A stretch of 64,000 nucleotides of DNA from Camelus ferus (Eukaryota): contig NC_045697.1 of the NCBI RefSeq assembly GCF_009834535.1, forward strand, positions 14,572,001-14,636,000, given 5' to 3'. Shown here in pieces: positions 25,932 through 40,024 of this stretch. Numbering within the stretch: position 1 is the first letter of the stretch; each line of letters begins with the position of its first letter. The position numbers were made by a program, and so were the translations under genes. Below the pieces are notes generated by a model. It was given only the letters and a program-made list of their open reading frames with translations, did no database searches and was not told the origin of the DNA.

Positions 25932-27680
25932 TTTATTTTTTAAACTTTTCATTTTGAAATAACTGTAAATTCAAAGGAAGTTGCAAAGAGGTCCTGAGGA
26001 CTCTTTGCCATTTTTCCCCAGTAGTTACATCTCACAGAGTCCTTAAAGCCAAGACAGGGATTTGACATTGGCATTAACATGTGTGTAGTTGTGTGTCATT
26101 TTAGCACGTATGGAGACTCATGTAACCCTACCATTAAAGTACAGAAATACTTTATTACCACAAAGATTTCCCTGGTATTACCCTTTCATAGTCACCACCC
26201 TCCTCCCTTCCACCATCTTTAACTCTGAAAAATCACCAACCTCTTTTCCATCTGTGTAATTCGTCATTTAGAGAATGTTATATAAATGAAATCATGCAGT
26301 ATGTGACCCTGTGAGATTGTGTTTTCATTCCACATAATGCCTTTGAGATTCACCCTAGATGTGGTGTGTATCAGTAGTTTGTTCCTCTTACTGCTGAGCA
26401 GAATTCCACGGTATGGACACAGCACAGTTTGTTTGCCCACTCACCTAAAGAAGCATATTTTGATCACTTCCAGTTTGGGGTTATTAAAAATAAAGCTGTT
26501 ACAAACAATCATGTACAAACTCGTGTGGACACAAGTGTTTTTTTTTTTTTTTCCTCTGGGATAGATTTAGGAGTGTAACTGCTGAGTTGAATAGTAACTG
26601 AATGTTAACTTTTTCAGGAAACTGCCCCAGCTAGGTTTCGGGGTGGCTGCACTAGTGTTCATCCTCATTGTCACTATTTTTTACTTTAGCTGTTCTAATA
26701 GGTGTGTAGTGGCATGTTGTCATCTTAACTTATAATTTCCTAATGGCTGGTGATATTCATCATATTTTCATGTGCTTCTTTACCATCCATATATTATTTT
26801 TGGTAAAATGTTTCTATGTGTCTTTTGCCCATTTTATAATTGCATTGTTTGCTTTTACTGTTAAATTTTGAGATTTCTATATTCTACACATAAATGATTT
26901 ATCAGATATGTATCAGATATATATCAAATATCTTCTCCCAGACTGTTGCTTGCCTTCTGTTCCTCTTAATAGGGACTTTCACAGAGCAAATTTATTTAAT
27001 TTTGTTGAAGTTTATTTACTCACTTTTTTCTAATTTTAAGGATCATGTCTAAGAATGCCTAGGTTCTGAAGATTTTCTCCTATGCTTACTCCTAAGAGTT
27101 TTATAGTTTTATGTTTTACATTTAAATATATGCTCTATTTTAAATTAATCTTTATATAATGTGTAAAGTTTAGGCTGAAGCTCTTTCTTTTTTCCTTTCT
27201 CTCTTTTTTTTCTTAGAGTCCAATTTCTCCAATACATTCTGAAAAGATGATTCTTCCTCTATAAAAATTGCTTTTGCGCCTTTGTGAAAAATCACTTGAG
27301 CATACTTGTGTGGGTCTATTTTTGGGTTCTCTGTTCTGTTCCATTGATTTGTGTGTCTATCTTTCTGCCAATACCACAGAGCCTTGATTACTGTTGCTAT
27401 AAAATAAGTCTTGAAGTCAGGTAGAATGATCCCACCCACTTTTTTCTTCCTTTGCAAAAGGATCTTAACCACTGTAGTTTCCCTGAACTTCCTATATAAA
27501 TTTTAGGATGATAGTGCCTATGTGTACAAATCTCTTGCTGGGATTTTAATAGAAATTGTGTTAAGCCTATATATCAATTTAGGGAGAACTGACATTTTTG
27601 CTATGCTGTGTCCTCATTGCCTGCATGCCTCTGCATGTATTTAGATCTTCTTCAGTTTCTTTCATCAGTGTATCTTAGTT
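25932..27680 (-). mobile_element. L1 (L1MC/L1MD-like) 3' UTR plus ORF2 C-terminal remnant
   Basis: ORF 27170..27472 translates to KKKVGGIILPDFKTYFIATVIKALWYWQKDRHTNQWNRTENP, a degenerate L1 ORF2 segment; 3' end ttttgaaataactgtaaattcaaaggaagttgcaaag. Confidence 0.9.
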
Positions 27681-28197
27681 GTCGGTCAGATGTCACTGGA
27701 TGTCCAGGCTCCCCACGTTGTCCCCACTGTCACTGTAAGGGTTGGGGTTCCCCGCTGGGCCTTCTCTAACATCACCCTGGTGTGTTGGGGTAACTTATTA
27801 CAGCCTACTGACAGTAGAAGTCTAGACTGTCCACTAGTCTTCTGCTGGTATGGTTGGGAATGGGGCCAAAGTGTTTTTGGTGGTGTTTGGCTGGAGTGGA
27901 ACTGTTGCCTGAAATGCTTCTGTTTTGCTTGGGTGCCCCTGACCTGCTTCTTCGGCTAAAGAGAGCAAGTTTGCTTCGGGCTTCTTTTGTCTGCAGCTAT
28001 TGGTAGCTCCAAGTTGCTGGGTTCCTCACTGTGTCATTTCTTGAGTCCTATGGTCCTGCTAACTAGTCTGCTTTCTACTCTACCTCTATTAGAATCTGCT
28101 TTGGTTTGTTACATACATAGTCCAGGATTTTGAGCTGTACCAAACAAGAGGAATGGGGGAAAGTACATGTACTCCATCTTTCTGGAAGCAGAAGTTG
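27681..28197 (-). mobile_element. L1MC/L1MD-type 5' UTR
   Basis: Minus strand begins ACTTCTGCTTCCAGAAAGATGGAGTACATGTACTTTCCCCCATTCCTC, resembling the recalled L1MD/MC 5' terminus with an AAGATGG YY1-like site. Confidence 0.7.
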
Positions 28198-28539
28198 GAA
28201 GTTACCTCTTTTCAATGTGTGTTTCTACTCCCTGCTTTATCAGAGGGGGAATACAAAAGGCTGGTATTAACCTCATTGCACTTATGAGAAAATAGGACAA
28301 ATCAGTGCCTTATCCAATTGTATCTGGTCAGTTTGTGTATGGTACTAATCTTTGTACCAAATGTGCAGATTTTTAAAGATTAATCTCTCTTCATTTGAAT
28401 ACAATGGTCATTATGTTATTTAAAAAATCATATAATGCCTGGGCTATTCTGAATCCAAGTAGAAGTTAGAAAATACGCTAACTTTGGGTTTACTGTCCAT
28501 ATCTCAGTACTACATGGAAATATGCCAGTTGGAGACATG

Positions 28540-28755
28540 TTCCTGAGTTCTGACAGAAGATTTAAGAGTCCTGGTTCTTCTAATGTTTTGTTATTTTTCT
28601 TAAGAACCAGGCACTTAACTTTTCTGGATGTCCATTTCCAAAACTGTAAAAGAGTGGTGGTAACAACCCACTTTGCCTATTTCTGAGAGCTACTGTAAAT
28701 AAGGATCAAATGAGATAGCATATGTACAAATATTTTATAAACTGTTAAGCTATTT
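28540..28755 (+). mobile_element. MIR SINE
   Basis: cacttaacttttctgg...ctgtaaaa...aggatcaaatgagatagcatatgtacaaa. Confidence 0.65.
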
Positions 28756-31700
28756 ATTGGTGTAAAATGTTATTTTCATCTCCATCATTAACACTCAAAT
28801 AGTTGCAAATATTCTCCTCACTCAGCAGAATGGAAAGCAATAAAATAAAAAAAATTACATGCTTAAGGAGGGAAATAACAGCAGTCATAAGAGCAGGCAA
28901 TGCAAATATAATAAACTGAATAAATTCAGGATTTATTTTGTAAGTCTGTGATATTACATACACAAAGTTGTGATGTGATAAAGAATTGCATGTTATATAA
29001 AAAAAGGAAATTAGTGATGAGATTTATGTTTCCAGAAATTAAAGATTAGATTTGTTATCCAGTGAAGTTTAAAGACACAACATGGAGAAAGAGGACTAGA
29101 GTCCACTTCAATTCCCATTTCATTCCGACAAGAGACAGCTGTAACTATCAGCCGATCTCCGAAACACACACTGAGCTCCCCATGCCATCATTCCCCTTCA
29201 TTCCCTCCTACCCAGTCTTCAGGACTGTACCAGCATCCTCACCTCTCCTCCGAACTTTCTCCGACAATTCCAGCCCACTCTTCTCTCATCCTTCTCTGAA
29301 ATCTTAATGCTCTTATGGCCTGTACCACAAAATCAGGTACTTAATTACATATTGCCCTGTACTGTTTTCTAATTGTGTCATGGCCATCTTCTCTCCCATG
29401 CTAGCTTGTAATTTCTCAGCCAAGGACTAAGTCTCACGTGTTTCTGTTTCTCCTTTAGCATTTAGAAAATACAGGCATGTAATAGGTGCGCACAGAATAA
29501 TTGTTAATTGACTAAGTGAGTTTTCTAGGCTCATTATAACTCTTTCACTCTACAAATGAAAGAAGCACAGAAAACAAGACCAAAGATGACCTTATTATGA
29601 CCCCCAAACGACGAAGTCATTCAATGTATCTAGACTCCGACAGCTATTGAGACATCTTGTTGACAGAGTAAACAGTAGTGGTAAATTAAAGGGCTATCCA
29701 AAACAGCTCCCATACATTTTGAATTTGAGAGTGAGTTATCACTATCTAATAAGTAAACTAGTTTTAAAAAAGTATTTGAGTTTTATTCCCCCATTCACTT
29801 AAGTTGTGCTGGCATCAACCTTTTGGTCTCCATTGCCTCAAAGTAAATCAAGAGGATCAGAAGAGCTAATTCGTGATGGAATGTTATTTCACACATGCAT
29901 TGGATCCCACAGGCAAAGACAAGAGGATTTGATTCAGGAAGTTTTTGATTCTTGGAAAATTCTATAAAGCTCTTTTTATCTCATTAAAAAAAAAAAAAAG
30001 TGCACATCTTTGAGGAAGTTACCACTGGGATTTTGGAAATCATCTAGTCTAGCCATTTCATTTATAGACCAGAAGCCCTGGAAGTTACATAACAATGCTT
30101 AGTGTCACAAGGGTCCCTTTACAAATTCATAGAAAGTTCAAAAAACATTGTCTTTTTTACTACTTTTCTCTTTTATCTGCTAGTATTTAGATAAGCACCT
30201 TAAAGCCAAAATTGACATGTTTTATAATCAGAGTGTTAGGCGTTTAAACTCTGGATTTGTTACTTAGTAATTATGTGACTCTAAGTAAATCTAATGCCTT
30301 CAGTTTCCTCATGGGTAAAATGGATAAAGTGATATTTATTTCTCAGGATTCCTTTTCAGAATTAATTATCTCATAAGAAATGTGCTTAGCACTACTCAGA
30401 AAAATACATAAGATTATAAAGAATAAGTTACTCTGTGGGAGCCATTCTTCTTTATCATAATGTAATAATATTGTAACCATCATTCTTGTTAACCTCATCT
30501 TTAGAGTAGGACACATATTATTGATTAAAATGTAATAAAATTCATTTTATTTTAGAGATTTTAGAACCAGACCAAGATGCCATAGTAGCCCAGAAGACGA
30601 CACATCATAAAACCTAAGTATCAGAAAGCATGCTTAGAGGAGATGATTCTTATTATGAGTCTTAAAGATTAAAAGAGAGTCACCCATGGAGATAAGATGT
30701 TTGGATATATTTAGATTATAGATACATTTATCAGGAGGGAATATAGCTGAGTGGAGAATATGACATTAGGACATCAGTGAAAGTTATTTCAGTAAAATAA
30801 CGATGCGTGTTAGGAGAGAGAGGGCAGATAGAATTCATTTGAAAAAAGTCACGCTTTATGATTAACTGGAATGAGTCAATTACAGAGGAAAAAGAGGCAA
30901 GGATGATTCTCAAGTGTTTAGTTTGGGTAACTAAGTAGACAGGGAAATGACGAGGTTACTTTGGGCTAGGGTGAACTTGAGATGTGTTATGGGGAAATAC
31001 TTCTTCCTACTTCTCACATGTCCCGCCAGGAAGAGAAAATTCCTCTAATGTAATACTTCTGGCTTCTTTCTCTCCCTTTACTCACTCTGTCCCTGGGGAG
31101 ATGAATGATAGTTTTGATTGGTAAAACTGGGAAAAGTAACATGTACCAAGTTACTCCTCCATTAGGAAGGAACTTGTCTGTGTAGAACATGGTCTCTTCT
31201 CGATTACTCCATTCTGTAGACTTCTAAGGTTATGTAGGAGCCTGCCCTTTGGAGAACAAACGTCCCCAGTCCAGACTAATCTGTGGTTTGTATTAGCAGT
31301 CCCACTTACCCATATTTGTAAGTCACGTGCCCCAACCTAATCATGGTTTGACTTTCATCTTTACTCCATGTGTCTCAGATCTCTTAGCACTAAAGCAGGA
31401 AAAAGAAGTGTACCTTATTGGAGACTCTTCAAAGACCATGACAAGGCCATCTTCCTGAAAATTTCCATGGTTTCAACAACACATTTAAGATCCTTTTTTG
31501 GCATCTCATACAACTGACTCATTTAAATGTTTAAATATTGAGCCAATTATAATATAAGCATGCCGTATGTTTTTATGTCCCTCCACAGTACATAATAAAT
31601 GCTTAATAGGTATCTATGGAGTTTGCATATTTCAAATTAGGAGGGGAAATAATTAGCCTGACTTAAAAGATTACTTTAGAGAGATGGAGAGATATTAATT

Positions 31701-31818
31701 TATTGAACTCCTCTTTAGTAGTTTGTGAACTGCCCCCTCTCAAATTCTGCCAAAGTGGATTGCCTTTCCCTTAATAGATCTTTCTCTTTCTTACCAGTGA
31801 ACTTAAGCTCATGTTCTG

Positions 31819-32345
31819 TGTGGTAGGCAGAATAATAAACCTCTAACCTTTACCACATCTTAATTCCCAAACCCTGTGAATATGTTGTTGCATGGCATGG
31901 GGGAATTAAAGTTGAAGATGAAATTAATGTTGCTAATCAGCTGACTATAAATTAAGAAGATTATTCTGGACTATCTGGATGGCTCCACTGTAATCACAAG
32001 AGTCCTTATAAGTGAAAGGGGGAGGCAGGAAAGGAAGAGTCAGAGTCAGAGAAGAAAATGAGACAACAGAAGCAAAGGGGAAAATGATGCAATTGACTTT
32101 GAACATAGAAGGAAGACACAAGTCTGGTGATGTGGATAGCCTCTGGAAACTGGGAAAACCAGCAAAAACAGATTCTTCCATAGAGACTTCAGAAAGGAAT
32201 GTGCCCTGATGACATCTGATTTTAGCCCATGAGACCCATTTCAGAATTCTGAACTGCAGAACTCTAAGATAATTACTGTGTGTTGTTTTAAGCTGCTAAA
32301 CTGATGGTGGTGATGTGTCATAGCAGCAACAGAAAACTAATGCAC
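31819..32345 (+). mobile_element. MaLR solo LTR (MLT1D-like)
   Basis: TGtggtaggcagaataat...gttgctaatcagctgac...gtaatcacaagagtccttataagtg...gcagcaacagaaaactaatgCA. Confidence 0.9.
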
Positions 32346-32439
32346 TCAGTAACTCACCCCACCAGTTCTCCCTCTCTTCTCTGAGTAGCAATTTGTAAAT
32401 GGACCGACTCCCACCCAGACTGCCAGAGATGAACCTTGG

Positions 32440-32615
32440 CTTCTCCACCTCTCCACCTGCTCACTCTGTGACCACAGGCAAGTTACGTAACTTTGGTGCC
32501 ACTATTCCCTTATCTGTAAAATGAGGTTTATAGGGCTGTTGAATGGAATAAATGAGTTATTATATGGGAAAGCATTTAGAATAGCAGGCACATAGTAAGC
32601 ACTATAACATGCTAT
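32440..32615 (+). mobile_element. MIR SINE
   Basis: ctgtgaccacaggcaagttac...atctgtaaaatgagg...gcacatagtaagcact. Confidence 0.8.
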
Positions 32616-34286
32616 TATACAGTATTATACCTACTTCTACAAATTTTTTCATAACCAATTCAAATCTCATGTCTTCCATTAAAAGTATCTATCCCGTCTC
32701 TTCCTTTTTTGGATAATAAGATCTCTCTTCCTTAAATTCACAGAAGGCTTTATCTTTACAATGTTTTATATCACTACGGTACTTTAAATTTTATTTAATC
32801 ACTTTTGTACATGTTGAATTGTCTCTTCTAAGATATAAGATCCTACAAAAAGTCATTGATATGTGTTTTGTTTGTTTATTTTACTGTATTTATTTTAATC
32901 TTGTTATTTCCATTGTTTCTAAACCAGTGTCTTGCATATTATAGGTACATAATAAACATCCTTTGAGCTATCAGTAGGATCCACTTGTACCAGTTTCAAG
33001 AAACAAACTGAATCACCCACCATTTAGCCAAGCAACACCCCTACAAAGTATTAGTCAAAGCCTGAAAGAGTGTCACTAAATTAATAAAATATATTCTCTG
33101 AAAGTATTTATGGGGGGGTTCAACACTTGTTAATACAGCTGCTCTATATGTTCAACTTTAATTTAAATCCCATGTCGGATCAAGTATGCTTTTTAAAATT
33201 ACTAGCCCATAAAGCCTGTTTTCTCCAGTCTACTCTGAAGAATAATCTGAAGATTATTACTTTGATAGGGAAGCATGACGCACTGTGAGGGCTGAATTTA
33301 GTTCAGTGCAAAGACTTGCATGGCGTTAGCATTTCTGAGCTTCTAGGACCTCTCCATCCAGACTGTAGTCTGTTGTTATAAAGTTGACTACAAAGAGTTT
33401 TCTGATGGCAATGGTCAAATCATTAGTGTTTCACAAATAGAATGAAAACAAATACAAATGTAATTGCCACAGGAATCAATATTTTACGTTCTAAAATTAA
33501 AATTCCCATTAGCAGTTATGTTCATTTTTTAGATATATCTATAGTTAATGTCAAAACATTGGTAATTATTGTTGGGTTATTATATTTTGGCATGGCATAA
33601 GAAACAAAATCCAATACAATTGCCATTAACTTTGGTGGTATTTTTTGTAATTACTCTCTCAACAGTCACAAATTTTGTTAAAACTGTGGAAGAAAAAGTT
33701 ATTTATTGAGGGAGGGAAAATTAAATCTTCTGAACAATGCAAACTCTTATTTAGAAGCTCTAATAAGAATGCCAGTTCACATGGTTCTGTTTTTGTGACA
33801 CTACTTTGAAATTCCAGTATAATATTTGACAAAATATTACAGACATACAAAAGACAAAAACAAGTCTTTACTTAACATCATATGCTATACTGAGGAGAGC
33901 AATTCATTCTAATGAAGAGATCACTGACTTTGAGAGGGTAATTAGGGATTTTTTAATATAAAACAGAAAAACACAGTGCCTCATACATTAAGATACTGAA
34001 GACAATCTTTGAAAATAGCATACTTTATAAATGAAGGAGCCACGGCTTCAGTTTGCAAACTTTTCAAAGTTCTATGTCAAATGAAGAGATAAATTTTCCC
34101 TTCTGATGCCACTAATTTCACACTCAAAAATTAATTCTCCTTCTTGCTGCAAATGGCATTATATGTAGTTTACTGTAGAGGAACCATACCATAATAAAGG
34201 TGTTTAAAAAGAAAAAAATAATGTGGTCTCAAAAAAATGAATTCTCCTTTGAAAAGGTAGATGCTATCATAGATATGCTGTCTACT

Positions 34287-34465
34287 CTTTTTTGAGGATG
34301 TTATTGAAGTACAATTGACTTATTTTATTAATTTCAAATGTACAACAGAGTGATTCAATATTCTTATACATTACAAAATGATCTAGTTTCATATGTCACT
34401 GTGCCACGATACTGACTGCATTTCCTGTGCGGTACATCGCATCTATCCTTGTGACTTGTTCTTTA
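34287..34465 (-). mobile_element. 5'-truncated L1 3' end (laurasiatherian type)
   Basis: ttattgaagtacaattgact...aatttcaaatgtacaacagagtgattcaatatt...catttcctgtgcggtacat. Confidence 0.75.
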
Positions 34466-35266
34466 CGTCTACTCATTTTAGTGGGTCTGAATTGACCTGC
34501 TAGTGCAGAAACTGACCTTCTCAGATTTTAGCCTTTGGTGTGAGTGAACTTTAAAAATTTCTCATTTGTTGTTTTGAAGTAACTGTAATGATTTTTTTTT
34601 CTCATGCTGATTTTTAAGTGTTTAAAGGAAACGAGAGTTGATGGCTCATCAAGGCACGGGAGACTCCCCTAAGAGTTGCCAACTCCCATTTTGAGATTGC
34701 ATTAGCCAAACACTTCCATTTCCACTGGAGGATGTTATTAGGGGCACTTAAGCAAAGACAGCTACTAAGAGCAAAAATGCCCCAGAGATTTTTCTGTAAA
34801 GACTTTGTTGTACTCTTTGCCCTATATTTTAACGTGATATATCACTCAAAGAGCAACCCCATTAACAGATCATTTGGACTATTATGAATTACGATGCAAG
34901 CCTCTGATATTCTAACCCAACAACTTGCTTTATTATAGCAATATCACAGAAGTCTGTCTTAAAGAGCATTCTTACTTCCTCTTCTCTTGGACACCACTGA
35001 GATTTACAATGTCTGGGGCGAGAAGCGTAAGTAATAATGCCTTACAGAAAAAAAAAAATTTAAATTGTTATATAAGGTCATTATTAGAAATAAAGAAATG
35101 ATGAGAAATAAATTAAGCCAAGATTACTGATTCAATTAGAGCTGAAGAAGATGGCTCTAAATCTGGTCTTCCCTTTAAAAAAAATTGTGTTTATAACTAA
35201 TGTGAACTAAACATTTTTGAGAGAAATGACTGTGGAGTTCCTGTGTGCCATACTCTGTGCTGCAAT

Positions 35267-35304
35267 ATAGATAGATATAGATAGATAGATAGATAGATAG
35301 ATAG
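35267..35304. repeat. (GATA)n microsatellite
   Basis: Read directly from sequence. Confidence 0.9.
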
Positions 35305-35639
35305 GAAGAAAGAAATGATTTCATGTAAGTGCTAAAGTAACTCTGCATTTTAGACATCGTCACTGCCACTTTAAAGATACTCCCAGAATAGCATAGCCAG
35401 TAAGTCATCTAAGTGGCATTTGAATACAGGTCTCATTGATTTCAAAGTCTGTGGTCTTCATTCTACATCCCATCGGTCATCCCTTTGTTCTCTTCTTTAC
35501 TTCTCTCTCTGTTTCTTACTCAAGCAAAGGTAGGAATTGATTGCAGGTGAAGACTCTTCTTAGCCCCAGCAGATCTTTTTATCCTTAAGGAGGATCATAC
35601 TCACTCTCTCTCTCTCCTTCCTTCTCCCCTCAAACAGCT

Positions 35640-36145
35640 AGCCTTTGACTGAATCATGTCCTGCCCCCTCCCCCAAAAGATATGCCCGGGTCCCAACCCC
35701 AGAAGCTGGGACTGGTACCTTATTCAGAAAATGGGTCTTGGCATATGTGAGTAAGTTAAGGATCTTAAGAGGAGGAGCTGATTGTGAAGTATCCCAATGG
35801 GCCCTAAACGCAATCATATGTACTCCTGTAAGACTGAAGGAGGTAACTGTGTCCCTCTGGGTTTCTTAGTCCAGAGGGACACAGATACACAGGAGCGGGG
35901 GAGGCGATGCAACCACAGAGCCAGAGCCTGGAGTAAGGCAGTCATTAGCCAAGCAGCATCTGGAGCCACTAGAAGCCGGAAGGGACAAGAAACCGATTGT
36001 CCCCTGAGCCTCTGGCGGGCGTGTGGCCCTGCTGACTCCTTAATTTCAGGCTTCTGGTTTCCATATTGGTGAGAGAATAAGTTTCTGTTGTTGTGAGCCA
36101 GCTAGTTTATAGTAATTTGTTACAGCAGCCACAGAAACTAATATA
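35640..36145 (+). mobile_element. MaLR solo LTR (MLT1C/D-like)
   Basis: cccccaaaagatatgccc...taagttaaggatctt...gggccctaaacgcaatca...gtaatttgttacagcagccacagaaactaata. Confidence 0.85.
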
Positions 36146-37247
36146 ACTCCCCTCTTTTAAATTCTGAAATTGGTGGCAGGGGAAATCGCAATGTAAACGC
36201 AGCACAATGCTGACTTCTAGCCTGTGAAATAATAGGAAATACAGATACACTTCAGGAAATATGGGCACATTTTACCTCTGCATAAGCCTATAAAGCTCCT
36301 GATGGTTACACAGTCTGTCTTTTCCATCTTCCTGTCCCCCAAGGTAATCGTCTGATTGCTGGAACACTGCAATCAATAGATATTAGTTGAGCAAATCAAC
36401 CTGGCTTTGCAGTCGCTCCAGCAGAACTGGAACATTTCGGGAAGGAGTAAAAGGTCATTTATCCTGAGAGAAGTGTTAATTCTTGCCCGAATTCTCTTGG
36501 ACATGCTAACACCTGCTCTCACACGCACTTTCCGTCCATCAGCATGTCAGACCTAGCCAGCCTTTGCAGGAAGAAGAAAAGAAGAGGTGAGAGATGTTAT
36601 GGTGAGTGTGGAGAGTCTCGGGGTGGGTGTCGATCATGACTTAGTCTTCAAAGGTGAACTCATACATATTTTATTATATTAAAATAGATTTTTTTCAGAA
36701 ATCTTTAAAGTGTGAGAGAAATGGGGATGGCAGGGCATACATAAATCTAAATGGCATGGCATTGGAACATTCTCCCATATTAGTTAGAAAGTTAGCAGAA
36801 ATCAAACCAGATCTAAGAATAGATTGGGTGATTTTCTGTGTGGATCCTCCATGCCCAGGCAGCTAACTGGCCCGAATGCACCAGGTCCATCATGCTGGGG
36901 TGTTCACTAGTGGGTGTCTGGCAGGACCAGCTATCAAGTATTTTAACATCATTTCAATTCATCCATTTTCTCTAGAATAGAGATTCCCTTCTTTCTGTCT
37001 CCATCCCTGACCCTGTTTGGATCCTTGTTTCCCAGTTGGGTGTCCAAAGTAGCCTCTTCAGAGGCCTCTCTTTCTACAAAAATGTCCCCTGCCACTTATT
37101 CTCAACATAAAATTTCTGGAAACTCAATCCAAGTATATAACTCCTTTATTAAAATACATAAATACATAAAGAAAACATACAGAAAAATTTACCACGAGTG
37201 GCTTCCTGTCACCTGCAGGATTAAATATAGATCTCATTTTATATTTT

Positions 37248-37250
<3 letters not shown>

Positions 37251-37304
<54 letters not shown>
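37251..37304. repeat. (AT)27 microsatellite
   Basis: Uninterrupted AT run, read directly. Confidence 0.97.
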
Positions 37305-37307
<3 letters not shown>

Positions 37308-37545
37308 AAATAATATATATATGATTATAGTACACATATGCATATACACATTTAAATATATTAAACCTATACTACATAATAACTATAGTATAGAAATAAT
37401 GATATCAGTAGTAAACTGTATGTTCTCTATTTTAATTTTAACCCCATCTACATCTACAGTTTCCTCTGCTTCTCCTTCAGAGTCTACTTGCAGTCATTAC
37501 ATTTCTCATGGCTTTTTGAAATCACCAACTTCCTGGCTCTATAAT

Positions 37546-37735
37546 AAGATTATTATATAAATCTCTTCCATCCCTTCTCATTGTCCATAAGATAAGACCC
37601 AGTACTCTCTGGCCTCATCTATCTCAGAGCCCTATCTTTCATCACTCTCTCTCTCTCTCTCTCTGTGTTCCAGCACTACTAACCTTTCCAACACTCAAAT
37701 GTGTCAGGAAGCAGGCTTGGAATAACTTCTCCCTC
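37546..37735 (+). repeat. Copy A of a 190-bp local duplication (L2-derived)
   Basis: Aligns without gaps to 40323-40512, 152/190 identical by hand count. Confidence 0.9.
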
Positions 37736-37829
37736 GTCCATCTATAGAGTGTGTCCAGTAGGGACACACTGGTGAGGCCAAACCAGCAGACATCTATTCT
37801 GGTTAATCAGACCATCTGCTCTTATTTGA

Positions 37830-38325
37830 GTGGTTGGTTTGGGCTTGCAAAAGTCAGAGTCTGAGATAAGGAATTGGATACAAGTAGTTTATTAAGGAGG
37901 TGATCACAGGAAGCAGGAGTGAGGAAGCAGTGAGAGTGATACAGGGATGGATAAAAAATAACACAAATGTGCCTTGACAAGGTATTTGCTGAGGGATCAG
38001 AAGCTCAAATATGCTAAGATCTCTGAGATGCCTATGAAATGCTACCAGATTTATCCAGAAAGATAAAGCTTTGATCCTCCCATCAATGACTGAGTTTGTT
38101 GACTTCTCTCCACTTCCAGGCAATACTTGTACAGTCAGGCTGAGGGAGCTCCAGTGACGTAACCCTAGGCCAGGAAGCTGACTCAGAAAGATACACAGTG
38201 AGCAATGAGGTAAAACCCTGAGCTTACAAGGTGAGTCTGAGCTCCTGTGGAATTGCCCACCAGACCTTTGCTAAGGTGAGAGATGGTCTGAGAGAGGTGA
38301 TGTAGGCACTGGAGGAGTCTACTGT
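37830..38325 (-). mobile_element. ERVL-type LTR (LTR16/LTR33-like)
   Basis: cagagtctgagataaggaattggatacaagtagtttattaaggaggtgatcacaggaagca. Confidence 0.6.
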
Positions 38326-40024
38326 AAAACTGGTGCCATAATGATTGTTAAAATTTTAAAACGTTACATTTGCCATGATATATGTTAGTCCTTTATCCCA
38401 GGAATCTCTTACTCTTTTTGAAAACTCCTCATATCCTTGAAGATTTAAATCAATGTCACCGCCTGTGACACATGACTGGTTTGCCTCTCGTAGGGATTCT
38501 CTCCATCTCCTGATAATAGTGTGAGCTGGTCTCATGGGATTTGAGCACATATTATGTGCTCAACATCCATCACCTCTGCTGCCCTCCTGTGCACTAAAGC
38601 ATGGATATCATGGTGGGGAGCCAGCTTCCATCATTTAGATGTAAAGGAGCAACAAATTTATGAAATCTAGATCCCTGCATGACTTTGTGGAGCAGAGAAG
38701 TCCTATTCTTTCCACCCACCCACCCCTGAGATGCATAATGAGTCTATATAATAAAGTCAGATTTATTTGAGTCTTATTCAGGTGGCCGAACCTCTATCCT
38801 AATGCATGCGATTCTCTTATAAAGTTGTTTCCTTCTCTCTCCTTCCACCACTCTAGTCCCACCTTCTGTCAGACTGTATTGAGCTTATCTGTTTAAATGC
38901 TTATCTCCACCACTACACTGCAAGTCCTTGATGGCGGTGACAGTGCCATCTCTGCACCATGAGTGCCTGGCAATTATTAGAGTCACAATAAATTTGCTTA
39001 CAAGAAATGTGATTAACATTTTTAAAAATAATTGTTCAGATAGTAAAGCTATAATAAATGCAATTATGAATATATGATACATAATCATTCAATGGGCTGC
39101 TTACTGTACTTTTTCTTATGAAGTATAATTTTACACATAATGCTTAATGAAATGCTTCCTATGAAGCACACTGCCATGTATAATGCAACTCTGAGATGCA
39201 TCCCTGCACCTTTCCTTTCCTCCTTTCCACCTGTTACAAGTAGGAGAGTAGCTAAGAGAAATTCCTCTAACATTCTCTAGATCTTGTCTTTTTTTTTTTA
39301 TTAAGACCCTATACCTTCTCTTTTAAATTCCTTCAAATTCTTTGTCTCTGTTGGCTCAAGCCTCTCTCATACAGCTAAAGAATGCTCTCTACCTGCCTTC
39401 AGGTGACAGTCTCTTTACAACTGTTTTAGTTAAAGTTTTCAAGACAGCCTTCACAGCTGTGACTTCATAACACAGTCCCCACACAATCAGGCTTCATTTC
39501 CATCAATCTACAAACACTACTCTTGCTAAAAGCTCTCAAAATATAACAAATTTCAATTATCATCATATATTTGTGTCAACAGCATTCAACACACTTCAGT
39601 ACCCCCTTGAAATGGTCACTGTGTCTTGGTCTCCTTTTATTCTTTCTCTCTTTTTAGCCGCTTCTTCTCTAGGTATTTTCCCACCTTTTCCTTATCAGAT
39701 ATTTAAAGTTGAAAATCCTCAGGTCCCATACTTTTCTTCTCACTCAACATAATCTCACTAGTTCATAATTTGAGTACCATGGTTTTACTGGCCACTGAAA
39801 TCCAAAATCTTAAATGCCTATCACTGTATCAGATCTTACTTCTGAGTTCCAGACATTTTCATTCAAATATGTACTTAGTTGTCTCACTGGCAACTCAAAT
39901 CTACAAGTCATCGCTACTCAAAAACTGGCCTCCCTCAGGAGTCTGACACAGGAAGTGGTATTATCATTTACCTCATTTTTCAAGCCAGAAAGGTAGAAGT
40001 TATATTATTTCCCACTCTCCCACC

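Noticed and set aside
27170..27472. 100-aa ORF as a gene
   Set aside because: Decayed L1 ORF2 fragment, frameshifted and truncated
29913..29988. Possible terminal exon (QRQEDLIQEVFDSWKIL*, then ATTAAA) in phase with the + strand exon chain
   Set aside because: Weak pyrimidine tract; ATTAAA is simply the start of a genomic A run; picked post hoc
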